DNA of 64,000 nucleotides from the human T2T-CHM13v2.0 reference genome, Homo sapiens. A program made the position numbers and the translations under genes. Where the stretch lies: assembly GCF_009914755.1 (NCBI RefSeq), contig NC_060931.1; one strand, written 5' to 3'. The notes under the pieces were generated by a model that was not told where the DNA came from, made no database searches, and worked only from the letters and a program-made list of their open reading frames with translations. Below are positions 41,785 through 56,581 of this stretch, one piece after another; position 1 is the first letter of the stretch, and the number at the start of each line of letters is the position of its first letter.

Positions 41785-42376
41785 CTCACTAGAGACGCAG
41801 GTTGTTAATAACAAGAGGGAAGGTTGGAGTAAACCCTGTGGTTCTAGACTAGAGTACAAGGAATCAGGATAAATCCATGTTTATTTTAATGGAGAGTCAA
41901 TGCATAGATAAATAAATAGATAATAGCTAGGTGAATAGATATTAGCTAGGTAGATATAGATAATTAAGCCATGTCTACATGGTTTAGTATTTATAGGCAC
42001 ACAAATATTTGTAGCTATGTCCACTGAGAGGGCCTAGGAACAGCGGCACCCCAGTAATAACAAACAAAGCCAATGTTCATATTTATTTTAAAATACCATT
42101 ATCCATCAGAAGAAACCATGACTTTGCAGATAAATGATTGACTCTGGGCCAGGGCAGGAAAAACACAAGATGAGGTAAACCATCTAATAGTGCCAGAAAA
42201 TAATAAAGCACTTAAAAAATAAATAGAAGATGGGGACATGCCAAAAAGGCACAGGAGCTAATGTGAAAAAGCTTCCAATGGCCATAGCAGAAAAAATTTG
42301 AGCAACAGAAGAAATAATGTTAATAGTGTGCTAGATACCAAAGAATAAATTAAGCACCTGTGAGTCCATATTCACA

Positions 42377-42407
<31 letters not shown>

Positions 42408-43075
42408 GGATGAGGGACAGTTACTCTTATGGAAGAATTCCAAATAATAAATATAAATGAATAAGGGGGAGAGAAAATTACCATTATAATACCATAGCAA
42501 TAATTGCTGCAGGCCAGATCCATGGAGAATGTCAAAATTAGTGGGTAGAATTTTAAAAAGAAACAGAGTATATACATGCCCCCAAATATCCCCCTAAGAA
42601 ATATATATAATTTACTGGAGTGGTTTAAACATATGGCCTTGGATTCCTTGATGGCTGGACTTACTGACTGTCCTCTAGCACAGTGGAATGGGAAGACATA
42701 GTAACTATGCAGTGGAGAAAGAATCTGGCAGAAACTACCCTGAGTAACAAAGGGTACCCCCAATATGACGGGATGAGAAAGACGCTTCTCCTCTGCATCA
42801 TTCTTCCCAGAAATCTAGAGCCCCAGTCTAATCATGATAAACCATCAGGGAAATTCAAATTGAGGGACTTTCTACAAAGTACCTGAGCAGAACTTTTCAA
42901 AAGTGTCAGAACCGTGGGAAGCAAGGACAACGCTGGAGACTCCTGTGGATGACAAAGGCTAAGAAGATGTGTGGGCTGAACGCACTGTGGGCTCCTGCAT
43001 GGGTCCTGCAGCAGAACAGGGACATCAGTGGAAAAACTGGCAAAATCCAAATAAAGTCCACAGTTTAGTTAAATT
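41785..43075 (+). mobile_element. L1MC3/4-like 3'UTR fragment
   Basis: tgtccactgagagggcctag...caccccagta; gggacatcagtggaaaaactggcaaaatccaaataaagtc; internal (TAAA)n. Confidence 0.75.
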
Positions 43076-43887
43076 TAACATAAGAACATTCATTATAAAA
43101 GAGGAACACTTTAACATTCTTGCTTCCAGAACTGTGTGTAGAACCAGTTTGCCACATTACTTCTTCTGTTACCAAACCTCAAGTTCAAATTTGGAAATAA
43201 AAATAAATCCTACTAAAAAAGTTACATTAAAAATATATATCAGTTTAATACCACATTTCTTAAGGAGCTTCATATGCTAGATTCTAGAGTTAAAAACTAT
43301 CACAGAATTGACTTCACCAGTGAAATTTAGGAAATAAGTCAATGCCCATTTCCTAAAGCAGGAATCCCAGGAGAGGTTCTGTTCCCTGATCACAGTCATT
43401 AGAGTTTTCGCAGACCATTGCCCAATCTCAGTAGCATCTAAAGAAACCCCAGGTGACCCCTCTTCACTCCTTCCTTAACCCTGTGTGTAGCCAGTCTGGG
43501 TGTGCTTACCACTAACGCTGCCTCAATCTTGCCTGGGATATGAACCCAGACTGCACTTGAGTGATTCAAGGCGAAGCTACAGCAGTCTGTGCCCTAAGGC
43601 CACTACCATTTGGTGAAGGGACCCTCAGTTCCACATGCTGCCAATACAAAAATAGCTACCCATATTTGAACAAAGCTTCCCTAGACTGCAGTGACCTGCC
43701 AAGGTCAAAATCACATGCGCTCAGAAGTGTCAAAGTCCTGCTGAGCTGCAATAAAAATCCAACAGTGAAATGCTAAAAACTACTCAGGGATCCAACATAG
43801 GCTACTGAACACCATCACAACCAAAAGCCCTGCGCCTTGCCCCACCAAAATCCTCAATCAGCAATTGTTATTTTCCTTAAAAGAGTC

Positions 43888-45800
43888 TGTCCTGTCTTTG
43901 CATCTATCTTAGTTCAATCAGGAGATAGAAACCACACCGTGGGTAAAACAGCAGTTTAATATAAAGAAGCATGAAACGATGATTTAAAAAGTAATTACGA
44001 GATATGTTAGTAGAAAAGCAGATTGTTGGCACAACACATTATATGGCACCCTAGGGTGGAGGGAGAGTACAGAAGTTGGATAAACTTGGAAGAGAGGCCT
44101 CATCTCAAGGCTGGGGTCACACCTTATTGTAGGTTTAGTTCAGCCCACTGGACAGCTAGAAAAGTTTACAGATTTTCCCGGACTGGCACTGGTCTGAAAT
44201 TCACTGAGCAACCTAGAAGCAGCCCTGCTGAATGCAGGTGTCTCATACACAGAGGATCATCAACCGATGGTGTGGGCATGCAGACAGTGCAGAGGCCCAT
44301 GTCACAGGGAGCCACAGGGGAGGCTTCCAAGGAAGCTGTGGTTGCTGTGAGCAGCAGGCCTTCAGGGCATCGACTTCCACACAGAGAAGGCTGCAGAGCT
44401 GTTATCAGTAGGCTCGCATTGCCAGGGGCCATGCATTCTGGGAGTATAGTCAGGTGCAGCTCCGTGGGCTGTTCTCACCCCTATTTCCCCAAACCCTCCT
44501 ACAACACGGCACCCCTTTCCTCTTGCAATTACTGAGAAACCTTAACATCTTGTCCACTGTAATGTGGAGATGTTTAAAATAATTCTGTCTATTACAATGA
44601 GGTATATATTGAAATTTGGCTCTGGGAGGATATAAATTGATAACTGCACATTCTCCTATAACCCTCCATTCCAATGATCAGATTTTTATATAACACAGAA
44701 TGGACAATGGATTCAAATTGACCACCTTTGAAAACAAAACTGCATTTCCAGTGCCAAAAAGCAGAAGGTACTGAAGGAGAAAACCAACTTTCTCCTCCAA
44801 ACTCATGCTTCCCTGGAGCAGAGTACATTGTGGGCTAGAGAAAGTACAGGACTGACACTCTAGTGAATGTCCCTTCACACAGAAACAGAGAGCCAGGGGA
44901 ATGAAACCTCATTCCAAAACAGTGGAGGGGATTGAGAAGCATCCAGGCCTTTCCTCTAGGGGAGGGATTTGCAATGGCTCCCTTATAGATGAGCATTCCT
45001 AAACACTTATGGCGATTTCTAGAGCTAGAGGCTACCAGTGGCCTCAAAGGGAAATGAAAGCCTTAGTTGATATTACCCCAGCTCTTCTCAAAAATAATTG
45101 ATGGCCATCCCATCACATAAAATAGCTCCTCTTATAGGAGAAAGCCTTCTGCCTTTACTTCTGATCCCATCTTGTCTACATTCTTTGAGATTGTTCCATC
45201 AATAATTTCTAAATCTTTATGGTCTATATTGACATCTTCAGGTTGCAAAACATTACTCTTGCCCAATCTTGGATTATCACAGATGATTAGGATTTATCAG
45301 GAGTGAAAGTATTATAGCCTGATTCATGGATTTGTCATGCAAATATGACTGTATTTCTTTTACTTATTGACTTAATTGCTTTAGCCTCCATAGATGATGT
45401 AGTAGCAGGAAGCCCAATCCTTTCATCTTGACTTACACTATATGAAGATCTCAAGAATGTACTTAATTTCAAAACACATAATGGTCAGCAAAACTCCAGA
45501 GGTAGAACTGGGTTTTGGTAATTCCAAGCTATTATGATTCATAGACATTTTTAAAGATCAATCCTTTGTGGTTCAATGGGTAGGGTATCTTTATCACTGG
45601 GATACCCTTGCTGTGCCTGCCCAAGCAACACTGGTGCCCAACATGGGGCCTCACACCCTATGCCCTTTCCCACCTCTCCACATGAACGTCCTCTTTGGTT
45701 GATATTCCTGTGTTCATACACTCTTCCCCCTCCAATCTGCCATCATCCACGTAACTGGGGGAGCTTCAGAATTAGTTATATGCTGTATGCACCTGGATCC
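43888..45800 (-). mobile_element. Ancient LTR element relic (LTR ~43888-44560 plus probable internal sequence)
   Basis: agttcaatcaggagatagaaaccac start and cctttcctcttgcaat..tactgagaaaccttaacat motif recalled from LTR78/79/Gypsy-like LTRs. Confidence 0.4.
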
Positions 45801-46074
45801 ACCTGCTGAAGGCAGGTCTCCTCCCCATGCTACCCTTGCCTTATTGATGAGCTCCAATTTGACGTTCTAAATTCACAAGGTTCTGGAGTCCTGGTGCCTG
45901 GCTGTCCACATGCTGCTCTTTAAGGGGAGTATCACCTTTGCTAATGCTAGCACACAAAATGTCTTACCACTCTCCACACTGAGAAAATGGAAATGTTGCA
46001 TTGTTTTATTTGATTTGATTAACAAAGGACAGTTACTCAAGCAATTCTTTTATTTTAAAAAAAGAGTATCTTCT

Positions 46075-46371
<297 letters not shown>

Positions 46372-47853
46372 CTACAAATTGTTTTGTTGCCTGAACTAGA
46401 AAATTATTTGTATCAAAATAATAAATATAATTCAACACAACAAATTAACAACAGCAAGAGATCACCTACGTTGAGAGAGAACTACAATAGTGTTCAGAAT
46501 ACAGGATCCCTGCGGTAGCCCAGCAGAAGAGGAACTTTGCCCTTGTCAGCACTTTCCTTCTGGACAGTCTCATTGCTCTCTCAGCTCAGCTCCCTTGACT
46601 CTGACTGCCTTTCTCTCATTATCGTAAATACTTCGTTGACTCCCTGCTTCCCTTATTGAAGGTGGAATTTCTTCTGTTATTGATATAGATTCATGGTTGG
46701 ATCGCTGCATGGCTTTTCCTTTTTTTTTTTTTTTTTTTGTGACATCAGTTGGTTTCTAAACTGTATAATCCCTTCTGTCTGAGTCTCTAATATTTCATTT
46801 AATACTTATAAAAGCCCTATCAAGTCGGCTTTATCTCCTTTTTACAGATGTGGGAGCTGAGACCTAGCAGAGTAAAACATTAATTCTTTCCATTAGTATG
46901 CTCATTGGTTAATAAAGATAGTAACTTTTTGTCTTTCATGTCTGCTTTAAATATTTTCCCTAGTTTGGTTTACCCTTTAATTATTTTTACCAACAGAAAT
47001 TTTATGTCTTTATGTTGTTGAATTTGTCAGTCCTTTCTTTTATGATTGTTTTCCTGTTACCTTTAAATTGAGAAAGTCCTTCTCTCTTTAGAGGTTGGAT
47101 ACATATTATTCTCATTTTATTTATGTTTCCTTTTTATTTTATTTTAAGCATATGCACAGAATTACTTTGGTAGTTGGTATGAGGTAAAAATCCAAATGAA
47201 TTTATTTTCACAAACAGCCAATTTCCCAAATAAAATTTATTTTAAAATATTTCTTTACATCATTATGTTTCTTTTACTTATATTTATTCTCCAATGTATA
47301 ACTGAGTTTATTTCTCAGTTTCCTGTTCTATTTCTCTATTCTAATTATCTAGATTTATGCCAATACCTCATGGCTTTCACTATAACAAGAAATGCTAATA
47401 CTTCCTTAATATTTGTTTTCATTAGATCTGGACACTTTTCATCTTTAGGTTTTAAAGTAGTGTGTCAGTTTTGTGGATTGAAACTAAGTTACATGAATAT
47501 ATCTTTTGTGATAAATTATGTTGTATAAATAAATACTTTTCAAAGAAAGAAAAAGACACTTCATTTAAATTTACTGATCTAGAGATTATGCACCTTACCT
47601 GAGCAGAGCTCTCACATCAGCCTCATGTCCTGGTCCCGGCACTGGCTGGTTTGCACATGCTCACACTGGCTCAGTGTCACCCCACGGTTGGGTCGTTTCT
47701 GGCCATAGCTATAGTGTGCTGCTGCGGCCTTCTTATTCGGAAGCAGCCCTGAGCATATGGATACCAGGATGCCCCACCGCCGCATTCTTCCTTCCTAGTT
47801 CATAAAGTCACCTGTGAGGTGGGTTTGCTATGCCATTTAAGAACATCCACTTC

Positions 47854-48176
<323 letters not shown>

Positions 48177-50329
48177 TTAAATCAATTGGGGTGGGTAAAA
48201 CCCATTCATCTGCTATTCTTAGCAAGTAAGTGAGCATCTAGCTTGCGAGACGCACTAGACGTAGACAAGTTAAGTAATGCCCAGTGTGCTGAAAATAGAT
48301 GGAAAGGACAATGGCAGGACGAGCTAAGTAACAAATATTCCTGGCACAAACTACTTTTGAAAGTCCTTGCCCCCATAAACTGGCCACCCATTGGTGATAC
48401 TCTCATTGGTCCTCAGTGTTCCTTGCTCAAGACGAGCATGTAAAAGTGATTGGTGCTCTGCAGGTTTGGAGGAGGTACCGCTGTAGCCAGATGTTCTTGT
48501 TATACTTTCTAATAGAATAAGGGTATACTGGATCTGTATGCTGAGCCTCTCTACTCTAGTTCTGGAAGCACCACAACTGTGCACGGAGAGGGCAACATAG
48601 AGAGAAACACGGGGCAGTATGCCACCAAGGAATAGACATATACACACACGCATGCAATTCTATCCGTTTACATAAGGACTCCCTAACATTGATAGCTACT
48701 TGCCTTTATAAACTAAGTAATAATATATCCAGGAGTTAGGCAGTTGTTCGGCTATCCCTAAAAGGGACAGAAAAGCAGACAGCATGACTTTGCATCCTGC
48801 TGGCTCCTCTCCTCATGGTGTTAACCTTCCTCCTCTCTGTTCCTCTGCCTCTTGCTGTGTGCTGCAATGAGACTCAGTAAGCTGCATGCTTAGAGGTGGC
48901 CTCTGAACCTTGCTTCTACCTGTCTTCTGAAAAGGCTTGCCTGGTGGTCCGCCTGGAGGTCATTACCGTGCCCTTCTACTGCCCATCTTCAGACTGCTCA
49001 GCTCACTCAGAATTTTTCCTCTTCACTCTGCCTTCCTTATCACCTAAAATCTATTTCCTCTTTTTACACTAAAATCTACATATTTCTTTCCGATTGACAG
49101 CCCTGCCCTCTTCCATTTGTGATATTTAGCACTGCTCTTTAGGCCCTACAGACCTCAGACTTGATTTGTTATGTAAACTGTATGTCAGTCATTTTACACA
49201 AGCATACATGCATGCATACACATACATACACACAGCAGTTAAACATTTTATCAGTATAAGTCAGGAATTAATATAAGTCAGGCAGATTTAAGCTACTGAA
49301 AAATAATTCAAACCAGGACTCAACCACCTTTTTACTTCCCCTAATGGCTAATGAGATTTTAGTAATTTAAACTTATTCAAGGATAAATGCTTTAAGATGA
49401 CTACAATGATGACCTTCTTGCAAGCATAAATGCTTTAAAATTAGTTTCAGTGCTTCAGTAATTGTGAACTCTGTGCACTGACATCTCTTTTGCTCAGTCA
49501 TCACTGTGAGACTGCAAACCTCCTAGGGGTATATCTACAAAACATAAGCGTTCCTCTCTCAATTTCCAGTGTTTATTTGTTGCAAATAGCCAATTTAAGG
49601 AGAACTACGTGGAGCCACTGAGATTCTGTGTGAACACTTACAAAGACAGATCTGCAAATCAGAACCATGCCAATAATTTTAAATTGCCCTAAGCCATAAT
49701 TCCTAATATTTACTTTGACAAATCTCCCCAAAATATAACTTTATAAGGCACATTCAGAAAGATAAAAAGTGAATTTTAGTTGCTCTACATGAGAAACAGA
49801 AAAATTAATACTATATGCACACATAGAATGACAGTGAATCAAGGAATTAAATAGAAGAATATTGAATTAAGAAATAAACTGTGATTATATTATGATCTTA
49901 TAATTTTAATCTTACCATAAGGACTGCTATAATTATAGATATTAACAATGAAGCTGCTACTGCTTGTGCTATAATTGCTAGAGTGAGTATAAAATTCCTG
50001 ATCCTGTGACTGAAATATTATATTTCAGGATGTTCAGCGATGACACAAAGTGTCAGTTTCATTAATTCAAGCTGCACCTCTCTGGCAGACACTCTACTCC
50101 TGGGAAAGTCAGAAATAGTCTCACATTCAGGGAGCCTCCAGTCTCCAGGCAAGTCCTATAAAAATAAATGTTTGCCATTTTTTTTTATAATACAGTAAAT
50201 ACTTGTTCAATGTAAAAGCAGTCAAAATGTGCACTTCTATATTGACAAAATAGTAAGAATCTCCAAGAACTGATCATCCAAAAAAATACTCTTATGTAAT
50301 TGGTAAATACAGCATCAGATAAATACATC

Positions 50330-50860
50330 TTTTATTCATTAGCCAAATGAATAATTTTGTTTCCATTACATATATGTCAGATCCTGTGCTAGGGGGCGAT
50401 GACAAAATGATGAGTAATAGAAGATATGAGGCTTTCCCCTTAGGATGTTTACAATCGGGAAGAGCTGACAAATGCATATCAAATAATCGCACATTATGTA
50501 AAGTGACAACTATGTTACAAGCTATGATGGAACAATCAGTGATCTATGAAAGTACTTAAGTTGGGGGTTTGATGTACTCTAAGAAGTAAGGTATTTATTT
50601 ATTTGCTTACTTTTTGCAGATGACACTTCACTGGAATCTGAAGGGTGAAGAGGTGGATTCTGGACCTGGTGTTCTGAGAGGAGTGGTGGGGCCAAATACA
50701 TGAAGAAGAGAAAGGTGAGTTGTTGAAATGTCGATTGAAAGAGGAGTTATATTTTGAGACAAGTCTGAAGTGCTGGAGAGGGGCCAGGCCACACAGAGAA
50801 TTGCAGACTATCACAAGCAGAAGTTACTGGTGCATTGCAAGTAGGTGGATGACAAGATAA
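50330..50860 (-). mobile_element. L2 3' fragment
   Basis: ttattcatt...tatgtcagatcctgtgctagg...tttacaatc; purine-rich continuation. Confidence 0.7.
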
Positions 50861-52184
50861 GATAGTTTTACACTTTGAGCATGTGTTGGTAAAACAGGGA
50901 TGAAAGACCTGGTGACAAGTTTAATTATTATATATGATTTATTTGCAAATCAGTATCATAGCAAAATGCTGTGTGCTGAAAATTGCTCTTGTACTTAATA
51001 AAATATTGTAGATACCTTTGTTTGAAACAGCATACTGCTCTATACTCTTCACAGAGTCACAACGTTCACTGTGTGAATGTACCTTGGCTTTCACAGGGTA
51101 CCATATTTTCATGTCTTTTTCAGTATTTTAAATAATGTTGCTAAAAATATCCTTCAAGTTATATATTTCTCTCTCTATATATATATATAAATTCTGACAT
51201 ATATGACCTGAAGGTATATATTCAAATATATATATAACTATATATATATAGTTATATATATATACTACATACATATATAGTAAAATATGCTATTTTACTT
51301 CTAAGAAGTAAGTTTATAGAAATGCTGGATTAAAGATAGGCCCATTTATAGAAATTCACAGATAATGTCAAACTCACCTACAAAATATTGTGCCAGTGTG
51401 GGCTTCCCCACCCTTACGGTTAAACAGCCTTGGATTCACATCACCCTTGTGTGGGAAGATTTCTGGATCCTCCCAGCCAGTGCCGCGTGTTATCTTCTCA
51501 TGACCATGCTCTGCACTTTGTAATTACAGGGAAATACTTTTTGCTAAAATTTTAAACGCCCACATTTCATTTCCTGACTCCATATGCTTTGTTTAACATA
51601 TATATTACCCACTCACTTTCATTACTTTAATTATGTCCATTTTACAGATAAGAAAACTTATTCACGAAGCAGTTAAGAAAGAAAACTTATTCACAAAACA
51701 GTTAAGAAACTTGCCGAAAATTATACCGCTAGTAACTATGCAGAAGGCTTTAAGTCACTACAGCATGTTTTCTTCAGAAAAGGTGTTTTATAAAATTCAA
51801 AATTGATCTGTGATTTTTAAAAAATCTCTTAGTACACTAAAAGTAAATCATAACTCACTAATGTAATAAACATTGTACAATAATTAAAAACATTTTATTG
51901 TGGTATTCCACAATTGCCCCATTAAAATGAAGAATGAGAAAATTTTTGATGATGACTACTTTATAATGTTCTTAAGAGATTTTTTTATTTTTTAACCAAT
52001 GAAATGAGAAAGTTCATTTAAAAAGGATAACTCTCATAGATTAGGAAATAAAATAGTTCTCCGTTAATTTGGTTCACAATAGTGAAGGTACCACTGAATG
52101 CCAGCTCTGGGCACTGGAGCTTCAGGGATGAGAAACAGCTGTGTGCTTTGCCCCCTCTTGCTTCTTAGAATCTCTTAGTAAAGA

Positions 52185-53200
52185 TCAGTCATTCAACAGT
52201 CACTGACTTTCAAGCGTACTTTTTGCTATGTTAGGGAAAGTTCACGGGTTGGTGTGAGGGTGAGTATAAAGGGACAGACAGCCAGGGCCTGACACCCAGA
52301 AAAAGACACGGGGGTGTATGTTCCAGGAGACTCAATGCCAGCAGTGTGCTCGCACAGGTGAAACTGTGCTGGTGGAGATTCTACCATACATAAGAAGGAG
52401 ATGATGGCAGCAAGACTTGAGGTATAACTGCAGAAATGAAAAGGAAAAAAAAGCAGATCTGAGAAATACTTAATCTGTGACTGCTGAGCTGTGGAAGAGC
52501 AAAGAGGGAGGCAAATGGTGGGATTATCCCTTGGAATGGGAAACATTAAATGAAGAGCAAGTTGAGAAGGTGAAAAAAGATGATCAGTTTTCTTTGGGAC
52601 TGGTTGAATCTGGAGCATGAAGGAGCTATCCAGTAGAAATAAAATGTTCAGGAAGCATTTGGAATATGGGCCTAAACTCAGGAAATTGTTTGTGTGTCAG
52701 ATACGGATTTAGTATTCGACAGTGTTTATCAATAGAGGACCACAGAGGACCCAGTGATGCACACAATAGCCGTGGGATTTTACGAATTGAGAGCAGGACC
52801 CAAGAGAGAACCTTGAGGAGCACACATCTTTGAGTAGTTTGAGGAGGAAACTGAAAAGGAGACTGAGGAAAGAAAAAGAAATCCAGAGAGGTAGGCAAAA
52901 CTAGGAGTGTAGAGTCCCAAAAAATAAAGGCAGGGTACTTTTCACAAAAGCTGCAGTCAAGGGTCTCACCTACTGCTGTAATATCAGTGAAGAAGGGGCT
53001 GAAAAATTATCTACTGAAATTAGACACAAGTAGAGTGGTGTTGAGTCTGGAAACAATGATTTTAGTTGATAGAAAACAAGAAACATACTGAATTTGGATT
53101 AATCATGAAAGTACATAAGGAAAAGAAAAAATTGGATGTAGAGAATAGTTAACTCAAATTACCAAGGAGTAGATAGATATGGAATAGAGGGAATAAGATT
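52185..53200 (-). mobile_element. L2 fragment
   Basis: tcattcaaca start; gatctgagaaatactta; gatgatcagttttctttgggactggttga motifs. Confidence 0.7.
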
Positions 53201-53924
53201 TAACAAAAATCAGTATTTCAGTATTTTAAATAATGTTGCTAATAATATCCTTCAAGTGATATATTTGCTGAAACGTATATAATGTATATAATTACTCATG
53301 ACAAAAAAATGGAGAAAATTTTATTAATAATATTAAGCAGCCAATAAAGATAAACTTTTGAAAATGTAGATGAGAGTAGTAGTCTAGAATTTAAGGGAGG
53401 GCAAGGGTGAGATGGCTGCAGCACAGGAAGGTGCTGCATCAGTCTAGGCATCTTGCATAAGCAACACGTTAGCATTTTTTACTGAAACAGAAAAAATATT
53501 GCATGTAAGGGGCGCTAATTGTGACTTTCATTTTGGAAACACTGCATTCAAGGTGCTGGTGAGACTTCCAGATAAAGAAAAGTGAGAGCATTTAAGTCCA
53601 GAACTCAAAATGAGAAAGCACATTAGGACGTTTTTCAGAACGTTGAGAGGAATTAAACCATGGATTGGATGAAGTTGCCTAACGTCAAAGATACACAGAA
53701 GAACAAATTGGTTCGGAACTGTCCAAAACATTTTTATTTAATTCAATTTTGAAAAAATGTGCTGGAACACAGAGATATTAAGTTTAAGAGCTGTGCTGGG
53801 CATCACTGGGTTCTAATGGACGTGGGCAGAGAGGGTGCAGGTCAAGGTGGGGAGTTAGAATAAGACCAGCCCCTCAGTGAGGACTTCCACTACAATAGGA
53901 CCCCCGTCTCCCATGATTTACACC

Positions 53925-54100
53925 TATCACTCATTTAATCTCCATAGCAATCCACTGAAACAGACACAACTCTGACCACAATTTCATGTGTTAGAAAATG
54001 GAGTCACAGAAAATTGTTCAATGTCACATGACTAAGTGTGCGGCAAAGGCAGGATTCAAACCCAGGCAGCCTGACATGGCAGCCTAGATTCTGAAGCCCT
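53925..54100. mobile_element. MIR
   Basis: ctcatttaatctccatagcaatcc...ggcaggattcaaacccaggcagcctgac; similar MIRs at ~30760-30960, ~46780-46880 and ~51620-51740. Confidence 0.75.
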
Positions 54101-54568
54101 TTGTGATATGGGGAAGGAGAGAGAAAAATAATGGTGGGTTCACCAGGAACCCAGTTTGACCAGTGTGATGCCAACATGAACAATTTATGAATCACCATGA
54201 CACCCCACACTTGTTGTGTTTTAAGACTTGCTACAATTATCAAAAACATCGTTTACAATGCTGACATTCCTACAAACAGATAAATCTGGGTTTCATTTTA
54301 GAGAGAGAGGCTGGCTTTGAGTCCCACTGCTTGACAAGCCAAGATTCCTTATCTCGTTGTACAGAACATCAGGGAACACAATAGAAAAAACTGTCACTGA
54401 CGACAAAGAACAGAGCCTCATCATATTTAATCTTGTTTTCCATTTTTCTATTCAGTCAGTAAATGAATTCATTGTTTAGCCTCCCAGCTTATAAACATTC
54501 TATTTCTTTCCACTTTCTTACATATGTAGAATATGATTTATAACCCAGTATTACATAATATTTGAGAA

Positions 54569-55147
54569 CTGCAGTGGTTTTACGCCATGTCAATTTAACC
54601 AGGCTGGAACTACATTTCCCAGGGACTCCCTTCCCTGTATGGTGCAGTTAGGGTTTGGCCATAACAGAAATGAGTAGGAGGTTTGAAAAGCAGAAGGAAA
54701 GGCACAGCCATTTCTCTTATGCTCTGAAAATCGACTTAGATGCAGCCTCCACTGTGGCTCAGGGCAGTCCCCTGATCTCCTGCCCCTGCCCTGGGTTTCC
54801 TGTTTCAGCTTTCCTGAGACCCAGGAGAGGCATTCTTTCTGCAACTCCTGCAAGCCACGCATGTAATTGAGACTGGAAACGATAAGAGGCAGACGAGGAT
54901 CTGGTTTATCCTCACAGATTCCAGGTTGTGCTCACTGTCCCCTCCTTCATGCTTGGACTTTCTTCCTGACTGCTGGCCCAAGAGTCATAGAGTGACCTCA
55001 GGCCATAAAACAGTGCAGAGACAACAGTTTTCCACAGACTTCTTCATCTGCTCCCACCATTGTATAATGGCTAAACATTCGGCTAACCCTTTCACTCCAT
55101 ACCACGTGGAGTGGTTCAGCCTCCCTTATCGTACCCTAAATGCTGTA
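54569..55147 (+). mobile_element. LTR41-like solo LTR (ERVL)
   Basis: atgtcaatttaaccaggctggaactacatttcccag...cttccctgtatgg matches the recalled LTR41 start. Confidence 0.7.
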
Positions 55148-55831
55148 AGGGCCAACTGATTCAGTTCATACTTTTCCTTTCACTAAACACTCTTAACTTT
55201 TCTTAAAGGATATTTATATATTTATTTAAAGCTTCCTCTTCTCAAAAAGAGGATGTATAATAGTCTGTTTCTTCAGTGGGAAGAAAATGTGTTCAAGAAA
55301 GGGTTGAGTTCCACAGACCATCAACGTTTAAGGACCAGGTAAAGGAGGGAACACAGGCAGGGAAACTAAAGAGCAGGAATGAATTTGAAAGAAAAATCAG
55401 GAGACAATACATCAAGGAAGACAAGAAAACACAGGCATTTTGAATCAGAAGAACTTATAAATGCATCTCTTCAAATATAGTGTACATGATGCTTTTCATT
55501 CTGCTTTTACAGTTAAAGCTCTATAGCATAACACTTCTTTATAACACAAAATAATTTCCTTAAACATAATTTTAAATTGAATTAATCACATTATATCAGC
55601 CTTCTTAAAACTCATTGCCTATTCTTTATAGATTATTTCTGATGCTTTAAAGCAGATAATTCAGTAAATATTATTCAGCTTGCATTTTTGCAGGCTGATA
55701 TATTTTTCTTAAGATAGTTTCAGAAGTAGAGTTTTTGTAAAAACGTAGATTATCAAAGATATTGACAGGTTCATGCCATAAAAGTATAGAGAGCCCTCCA
55801 AAGTTGCCAGCAATAATGCTAGAAGAGATTT

Positions 55832-55944
55832 CTGGAAAGTGGACACCTGCTACCGGGTTTAGACAAAGCGGCCCAGGGAAGACACATTAGCTCCATGTGC
55901 CTTCCTTGTGCACCTTCGTCTAAACCAGGTGCCCACAATTCCAG
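55832..55944. other. Imperfect ~110-nt hairpin
   Basis: Core arms 55853-55887 and 55895-55929, 28/35 complementary, 7-nt loop; stem extends past a bulge. Confidence 0.85.
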
Positions 55945-56312
55945 GTGTTGGGAGGGAGCTTGGGTGAGACTGAGTCCCTGGTTCTGTTGACATTCCTGTG
56001 GGTATAATTGGGGATCTGCTTCTGCTAGGGTGCCCTGTGGGCAATCCACAGAATATGATCTGAACACAGAAGTGGAGGGCCTGGGCCTGCTCCCAGATAC
56101 ATATTCTCAGTAATGGTGATCTGTGAACCTGAGCCAAGGCCAAAGTCAGTGTTACTTGAGTTGGCCCATTCTCCTCTTAAGCTGGAGGTGAACTCATAGG
56201 CTAAGCTTTCCCTACCTTTTATGCTGGGCGAGTACAGGTCTATGACGTATAGACCTGTGATTTTTATCTTTCACACTTTATGGCATTCATGCCATTAAGA
56301 ATACTACAGCTA

Positions 56313-56581
56313 GGCCACACGCAGTGGCTCACGCCTGTAATCCCAGCACTTTGGGAGGCCAAGGTGGGTGGACCACAAGGTCAGAAGTTTGAGACCAGGC
56401 TGGCCAATATGGTGAAACTCCATCTCTACTAAAAATACAAAAATATTAGCTGGGCATGGTGGCGCATGCCTGTAATCCCAGCTACTCAGGAGGCTCAGGC
56501 AGGAGAAGTGCTTGAACCCAGGAGGCGGAGGTTACAATGAGCCGAGATCGCGCCACTGCACTCCAGCCTGGGCGACAGAAA
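56313..56581 (+). mobile_element. AluS lacking its 3' terminus and tail
   Basis: Ends at ggcgacagaaa; 16-bp TSD aagaatactaca(g/a)cta. Confidence 0.95.

Noticed and set aside
44023-44535. 170-aa ORF
   Set aside because: Non-ATG start, lies within an LTR-like GC-rich block, no recognisable domain
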